This document shows positions 27,849 to 32,318 of a stretch of DNA of 32,318 nucleotides, in pieces. The stretch comes from an uncultured archaeon (GTDB lineage Archaea > Asgardarchaeota > Lokiarchaeia > Sigyniarchaeales > SOKP01). Made by a program: the position numbers and the translations under genes. The notes below the pieces were generated by a model. The model saw nothing but the letters and a program-made list of their open reading frames with translations, made no database searches and was not told where the DNA came from. The stretch covers positions 1 through 32,318 of the forward strand of contig CAZBPC010000032.1 in NCBI GenBank assembly GCA_964493715.1, given 5' to 3'. Every line of letters begins with the position of its first letter. The first letter of the stretch is position 1.

Positions 27849-28472
27849 TTAGATAATAATATTTTTCTTTTCTTGTTTGAGAATAGGTGGATTTAATAAG
27901 GTATTATTTTCTAAAATCAATTTCAACATCGTTCGAAAAGAGAGAACAACACCTTCTCCTTCGGTTGCTACAGATTCAGTAATTTCCAAATTATAATATT
28001 TGGAAGCTCTTATTGCTGCTAGGAAACTATTCTTTTCTATTTTTGGAGATATATCTTGTTTATTAAAAACAATTACTTTAGGGATGAACAGAAAATCTTT
28101 ACTCAAATAACCCTCTAATTCTTTCCAAGAAATAATATTACGCATGAATGCATCTTTCTCAGAATCAACAATAAAAATAATGCCATCAAGATTTCGTATT
28201 GTATCTGGTCTTGTAATGGCGTAAAAATCTTGTCCTGTTGTAGAATAAACATGGGTTTTTAGAGAGTACCTGCGATTTTTGAAAAACAATAATAAATAAT
28301 CAAAATACAAAGTTCTACCTGAAGTCGTCTCAATACTTAAAAATTCATTCACAACCTTTTCCTTATAATAATCTGACAAGTATTTCATCGTTGTAGTCTT
28401 ACCTGACAACGCTGGACCGGCATACACGATTTTACTATGAATAGTTGCCTCGACATTATTAATAATCATCAA
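27849..28472 (-). CDS. mglA: MglA-type small GTPase (start TTG 28472 or ATG 28469)
   Basis: KIVYAGPALSGKTT (G1), SIETTSGRTLYFD (switch I with MglA R-T), YSTTGQ.FY (G3 lacking Asp as in MglA), DGIIF.VDS, NKQD (G4), SVA..G.GV (G5). Confidence 0.88.
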   Translation of the reverse strand: MMIINNVEATIHSKIVYAGPALSGKTTTMKYLSDYYKEKVVNEFLSIETTSGRTLYFDYLLLFFKNRRYSLKTHVYSTTGQDFYAITRPDTIRNLDGIIFIVDSEKDAFMRNIISWKELEGYLSKDFLFIPKVIVFNKQDISPKIEKNSFLAAIRASKYYNLEITESVATEGEGVVLSFRTMLKLILENNTLLNPPILKQEKKNIII

Positions 28473-28500
28473 ATGTATTTCTTCATTTGAGTATAAAAAG

Positions 28501-28550
28501 TCAAATTTTTATCCCCAACCATCCCAATTCTCTATGAAGGGGAAATTTGA
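28501..28550. promoter_or_regulatory. Bulged inverted repeat immediately upstream of the GTPase TATA-like box
   Basis: TCAAATTT(TTAT)CCCC ... GGGG-AAATTTGA; the minus strand continues CTTTTTATAC about 20-30 nt before the start. Confidence 0.35.
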
Positions 28551-28624
28551 GGCTTAAGCTAAATAACATTCTTAAATACAGATATTAAAAAAGGAGAAAA
28601 AAAATTAAATTGATTATAGATTCT

Positions 28625-28936
28625 CTATTCACTTGATTCAGCAGCCAATTCCTCTTCTAATTCTTCTAGAGGGACTGGTGCAGGGGTTGTTAGCATGCTG
28701 TATCCGATCCAAATTGCAATTACAGCAATTAAGATAACAATTATCCATAATGGTAACACTACGAATAGTCTCCAATCAAGCCAATCAACACCAAATAATC
28801 GGAAAGCAATATCCCAATTTGGATTACCACCAAGAGTAGTGAACCATAAATCGACTACGCTTCCCATCGTGTAAACAATTAGGATTAAAATTCCTATGAT
28901 CATTACTATTAATCCTATAATTTTGTCTTTAGCCAT
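28625..28936 (-). CDS. 2-TM membrane protein, DPM2/PIG-P-like, with acidic tail
   Basis: DKIIGL..MII.ILI..VYT ... W...VVLPL.I.......IWIGYSMLTTP.P.P.EE. Confidence 0.55.
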   Translation of the reverse strand: MAKDKIIGLIVMIIGILILIVYTMGSVVDLWFTTLGGNPNWDIAFRLFGVDWLDWRLFVVLPLWIIVILIAVIAIWIGYSMLTTPAPVPLEELEEELAAESSE

Positions 28937-29031
28937 GATAAATACCTTTATCTATATGTTTTATTTGATTAGGGTTATTATTCTATAAAAAAACTTTAAA
29001 TTAAAACCATTCGGATTGAATCAAAGAGTTT

Positions 29032-29053
29032 TATTTGTGATGTTCCACAAATA
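29032..29053. promoter_or_regulatory. Operator-like palindrome upstream of ribokinase
   Basis: TATTTGTG-N6-CACAAATA abutting TTTATTATA (29054-29062), about 30 nt before ATG 29092. Confidence 0.45.
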
Positions 29054-29091
29054 TTTATTATACAAGTTGTTTAATTCGACATGAATATCTC

Positions 29092-30078
29092 ATGAAATAC
29101 GAAAATTATGGTAATTATGTTTTAGTTATTGGATCTAGCAATATCGATCTGACTATCTACACAAAGAAGCTTCCAACTCCTGGAGAAACAGTTACAGGAG
29201 GAAAATTTCGACAAAACTTAGGAGGAAAGGGAGCCAACCAATCAGTGGCTTCCATGCGATCTGGTTCAAAAACGGTATTTATTGCGAAGGTTGGGACTGA
29301 TACATATGGGGAACAAATGATTTCTCAATTAGCCAAGGAAGGAATTATCACCAATTACATGTATCATGATATAGCAGAATATAGTGGCATTGCTTTTATC
29401 ATGGTCGATGAAAAGGGAGAAAATATGATAAGTGTTGCTCCCGGAGCAAATGCTAGATTAACCCCTCAAGAAATTAGGAATTGCTCAGACCTTATTAAAA
29501 ATGCCGCTTCAATTGTTGTTCAAATGGAGATTCCAGTAAATACAATAATAGAAATCTTCGATATCGCTTCTCAAGGTAGTGCCATTAAAATTTTGAATCC
29601 CGCTCCACTGAAATATCTATCACCTGACATTTTAAAGAATGTTGATATTATAGTTCCTAATAAAGGAGAATTATACGGATTACATTCTTTATTAAATTTA
29701 GGCGATTTACCCTTGGATTTAAACGAAAAACTTAAGCAAGCTTCTCGAGATATTTCAAAAACTGGAATTAATATCATCATCACAACCTTAGGTTCAAAAG
29801 GATCAATGATATTTCAAGCAGACACGGATAAGTTTATTTATGTCCCCACGCTATCTGTAAACGCAATTGATACTGTTGGAGCGGGTGATTGTTTTATTGG
29901 AGTATTCGCGAGTATGTTAAATCAAGGAGAGGATATAATAAACGCCGTTAAATATGCTTCTGCAGCAGCTTCGATCGCGGTAACAAGGGAAGGCGCTCAA
30001 GAATCCATGCCATTTAAAGAAGAAATTAGTGCAAAATATAAAATATTAGAAAAATTAGGACTCAATGGTGAACTATGA
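29092..30078 (+). CDS. rbsK: Ribokinase (PfkB family)
   Basis: GSSNID, P.PGET, GGKGANQ, KVG.D.YG, Q.E, NPAP, NxxE, TLG.KG, DTVGAGDCF.G. Confidence 0.94.
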   Translation: MKYENYGNYVLVIGSSNIDLTIYTKKLPTPGETVTGGKFRQNLGGKGANQSVASMRSGSKTVFIAKVGTDTYGEQMISQLAKEGIITNYMYHDIAEYSGIAFIMVDEKGENMISVAPGANARLTPQEIRNCSDLIKNAASIVVQMEIPVNTIIEIFDIASQGSAIKILNPAPLKYLSPDILKNVDIIVPNKGELYGLHSLLNLGDLPLDLNEKLKQASRDISKTGINIIITTLGSKGSMIFQADTDKFIYVPTLSVNAIDTVGAGDCFIGVFASMLNQGEDIINAVKYASAAASIAVTREGAQESMPFKEEISAKYKILEKLGLNGEL

Positions 30079-30756
30079 ATGTTCTCACAATATTTAAAAC
30101 CACAAAGAGGAACTCAGCTAAGAAAGACTAGCTCAGCTGAACTTTTTATTAATATCGAACCTTTTCATCCTGATAGGCTTTTTCTTATTAATGGATATGA
30201 TTTTATCTCTGACACAATAACACAGACAGATTTAATTATAAAACCAAATTCCTATTTTATGATAATTAATATTGGTAATGAAGAAATTAATGTGAGGTAT
30301 AATCTGGATGTTTCTCATCTTAAAGTTATTTATGATCCATATAAATATGAAAATATTAAAAAAATTGAAATCGATCCAGACAAAATCATTAGATTACAAT
30401 CTGTTCCTGATGGATATACTGAAATTCTATCTAAATGGTATAGTATAAAGTTTTCATATCCCGATCACAATCTAATCTATCTCAAACCAGAAATGGGTAT
30501 TTCAATTCAATTACATAAAGAACGTAATGAATATTGGGAAATAATCAAAGGATATCCAATTATAGTTAATGGAAACAAGGTTCATTATTATGCTAAAGGT
30601 GGGTCCTGCTTTTCATCCCCAAAAAATAGTTATCACGCTGTGATTAATCCAAATAAGAAAGAGGATGATTTTGTAGTGATTCGAGAGGAATGGGTCGGTA
30701 ATTTTGATGAAAATGATATTGTTCGTGTTTTTAATCCCAATCATTACTTCTCATAA
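30079..30756 (+). CDS. Cupin protein, mannose-6-phosphate isomerase type 2 C-terminal-like
   Basis: SIQLH.ERNEYW.II.G, YH.VIN, E...G.FDE.DIVR. Confidence 0.7.
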   Translation: MFSQYLKPQRGTQLRKTSSAELFINIEPFHPDRLFLINGYDFISDTITQTDLIIKPNSYFMIINIGNEEINVRYNLDVSHLKVIYDPYKYENIKKIEIDPDKIIRLQSVPDGYTEILSKWYSIKFSYPDHNLIYLKPEMGISIQLHKERNEYWEIIKGYPIIVNGNKVHYYAKGGSCFSSPKNSYHAVINPNKKEDDFVVIREEWVGNFDENDIVRVFNPNHYFS

Positions 30757-30983
30757 ATAAAAAATTATAAAATAGCTATATAGTGAATCGATAAAATTCA
30801 ATAATTAAAGATTTGATGGGATCACATCGATTTCTTAAACCAGACTTTTAAAGTTTATTCTTTTTCCTCCTCGTGTTTTGATAAAATTAAAATTCAATAA
30901 ACAACTAAAAAGCTTACCCGTTGTAAAAATTATCAAAAAATTTTTCAAAAATTACTGAATGGAACAAACAGATTGATGGAAAT

Positions 30984-31517
30984 ATGACTCCGAATGAAGA
31001 CCCTATTGAAGAAGAACCAGAAGAATTGGAAGAAGAGAGTTTAGAAGAAGAAACTGAAGATTCCACTGAAGAAGAAGAGAGCACAGAAGAGTTGGATACG
31101 CAAAAAGAATTAGACAGATTACGATTTCATTTTCGTGGCTACAGTCTTGAAGAACTAAAGAAAATGAATATGGATCAGTTTATCCAATTATTACCCGCAA
31201 GAGCTCGGCGAAGTCTAAAAAGAGGGTTACCATCAAGACAAAAGAAATTGCTTGAACGTCTTAGAAGGGCCTACAGAGCTAAGAAGAGAGGAAAAGATCT
31301 TCTAACTAGAACCCATATAAGAGATATGATCATTTTCCCTGAAATGGTTGGTTTGAAAATCGGAGTGTATAATGGTAAATCATTTGAAGTTGTGGAAGTT
31401 AAACCAGAAATGATTGGTCATTATTTAGGAGAGTTTTCTTTAACTCGTAGATATGTACAACATGGTTCACCCGGTATTGGTGCAACACGATCAAGCAAAT
31501 ATGTTCCATTAAAATAA
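30984..31517 (+). CDS. rps19p: 30S ribosomal protein uS19 (archaeal S19P / eukaryotic S15 type) with acidic N-terminal extension
   Basis: [33 protein letters not shown]...[33 protein letters not shown]. Confidence 0.98.
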   Translation: MTPNEDPIEEEPEELEEESLEEETEDSTEEEESTEELDTQKELDRLRFHFRGYSLEELKKMNMDQFIQLLPARARRSLKRGLPSRQKKLLERLRRAYRAKKRGKDLLTRTHIRDMIIFPEMVGLKIGVYNGKSFEVVEVKPEMIGHYLGEFSLTRRYVQHGSPGIGATRSSKYVPLK

Positions 31518-31544
31518 TAATAATTAAATTGGAGATGAAAAAAT

Positions 31545-32024
31545 ATGCCTCACTGGGGTTATTCATTCGCAGAACAAAAATATGATGCAGAAAGAATAGC
31601 GAAAGCCGCTGGACGAGATTTGAGAATTAAACCAAAAAATGCGCGAGAAGTATGTGCTGTAATCAAAGGAATGAAAGTTGATTCTGCAAAGAGATTTTTA
31701 GAGAAAGTCATACAGCTAAAACAATCAGTGCCATATAGAAGACATAAGAAGAAACAAGCTCATCGGCATGATTTAAAACAATTCAAATGGTACGCTGGAA
31801 GATATCCTCAGAAAACCGCTGCAAGGATTTATGAAATATTAACCGCTGCTGAATCTAATGCAGAATACAAAGGTTTGGATATCGAATCTTGTCGAATTAT
31901 TCACGCCGCAACTCATCATGCTAGGATAATAAAACGTTATATCCCCCGAGCACATGGTCGATCATCTCCCAAAGACAAGCATCTAAGTCATGTGGAAATT
32001 GTAATTTATGAATTTCCAAATTAA
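31545..32024 (+). CDS. rpl22p: 50S ribosomal protein uL22 (archaeal type)
   Basis: AKA.GRDLRI.PK.ARE.C..I.GM, VP.RRH, GRYP.K.A, AESNAEYKGL, PRAHGR. Confidence 0.97.
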   Translation: MPHWGYSFAEQKYDAERIAKAAGRDLRIKPKNAREVCAVIKGMKVDSAKRFLEKVIQLKQSVPYRRHKKKQAHRHDLKQFKWYAGRYPQKTAARIYEILTAAESNAEYKGLDIESCRIIHAATHHARIIKRYIPRAHGRSSPKDKHLSHVEIVIYEFPN

Positions 32025-32065
32025 TTAATTCAAAATTAAGATTAAATAAAAAGAGATAAAGGAAT

Positions 32066-32318
32066 ATGAGCCCATTAGCGAAACACTTCATTGAAAATGG
32101 CATCAAACTAATGCAGATAAATGAATACTTGCGCTCAGAGTTAGTAAGAGCAGGATTTGCAGGTGTAGATATTCAAAAAACCCCTCTTGGGGTACGAATA
32201 ACTCTCAAAACAAGTAGACCTGGATTGGTAATTGGAAAAGGCGGAAAAAGGATACAGGAGATTACTGACGTCCTTCAAGAACGATTTGGGCTTGAAATGC
32301 CCCAGATAGAGGTTGAAG
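32066..32318 (+). CDS. rps3p: 30S ribosomal protein uS3, 5' part (truncated by window end; absent from ORF track)
   Basis: Hand translation from ATG 32066: MSPLAKHFIENGIKLMQINEYLRSELVRAGFAGVDIQKTPLGVRITLKTSRPGLVIGKGGKRIQEITDVLQERFGLEMPQIEVE (KH domain); follows uL22. Confidence 0.96.
   Translation, partial: MSPLAKHFIENGIKLMQINEYLRSELVRAGFAGVDIQKTPLGVRITLKTSRPGLVIGKGGKRIQEITDVLQERFGLEMPQIEVE

Noticed and set aside
27849-28472. Calling the GTPase a Rab/Ras/Rag orthologue
   Set aside because: Lacks DxxGQ and shows MglA-specific KIVY.GP and RTL.FD motifs
29036-29049. CRP/FNR-like site (TGTGA...CACA)
   Set aside because: Half-site spacing is 2 bp shorter than TGTGA-N6-TCACA and the host is archaeal; kept only as a generic palindrome
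30076-30078. Selenocysteine recoding of the ribokinase TGA (Lokiarchaeia are known to use Sec)
   Set aside because: The codon falls in an inter-domain position, not a Cys-equivalent catalytic site, and I could not identify a SECIS-like element downstream; other TGA stops in the window end full-length proteins
1797-32106. Short ORFs of 61-143 aa nested in or antisense to real genes (e.g. 1797-2006, 5010-5321, 6026-6457, 7228-7413, 12363-12629, 15965-16195, 17563-17935, 23899-24144, 25390-25890, 31921-32106)
   Set aside because: Shadow frames of well-supported genes with no recognisable motifs
1-32318. CRISPR arrays, rRNA/tRNA genes, transposases, integrases, prophage or defence genes
   Set aside because: No regularly spaced repeats, structured RNA-length GC-rich segments or mobile-element motifs seen by eye; tRNAscan-SE/Infernal would be needed to exclude small RNAs

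Overview
AT-rich, gene-dense archaeal chromosomal segment, most likely from an Asgard archaeon (Lokiarchaeia-like). This is inferred from archaeal/eukaryote-type uS19-uL22-uS3, Trm1, MptE and a TFEbeta/Rpc34-like factor, alongside several eukaryotic-signature-like proteins; no database search was run. Left to right: a Dpp/Opp peptide ABC transporter with two small membrane genes between the binding protein and the permeases; DUF362, TlyA and two tandem DUF1624/HGSNAT-like acyltransferases; an RNase H-fold protein divergent from a RadB-like ATPase; class I FBPase-Trm1-RlmE; a TFEbeta/Rpc34-like factor with an extra zinc finger; a second RadA paralog; MptE; GcvH; an OSTC/DC2-like membrane protein; PepD; a GATase-like domain fused to a C4HC3 finger; ferredoxin; a beta-propeller / class II amidotransferase / longin(uDENN)-Zn cluster ending tail-to-tail with an MglA-type small GTPase; a DPM2/PIG-P-like protein; ribokinase-cupin; and the start of a split ribosomal protein cluster. 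The best candidate for an undescribed system is 24.9-28.5 kb, where a longin domain with a folliculin/SMCR8-type 'ARG' arginine-finger loop sits next to an MglA GTPase with no MglB partner. I saw no rRNA, tRNA, CRISPR array or mobile element. All family calls come from motif recognition from memory.
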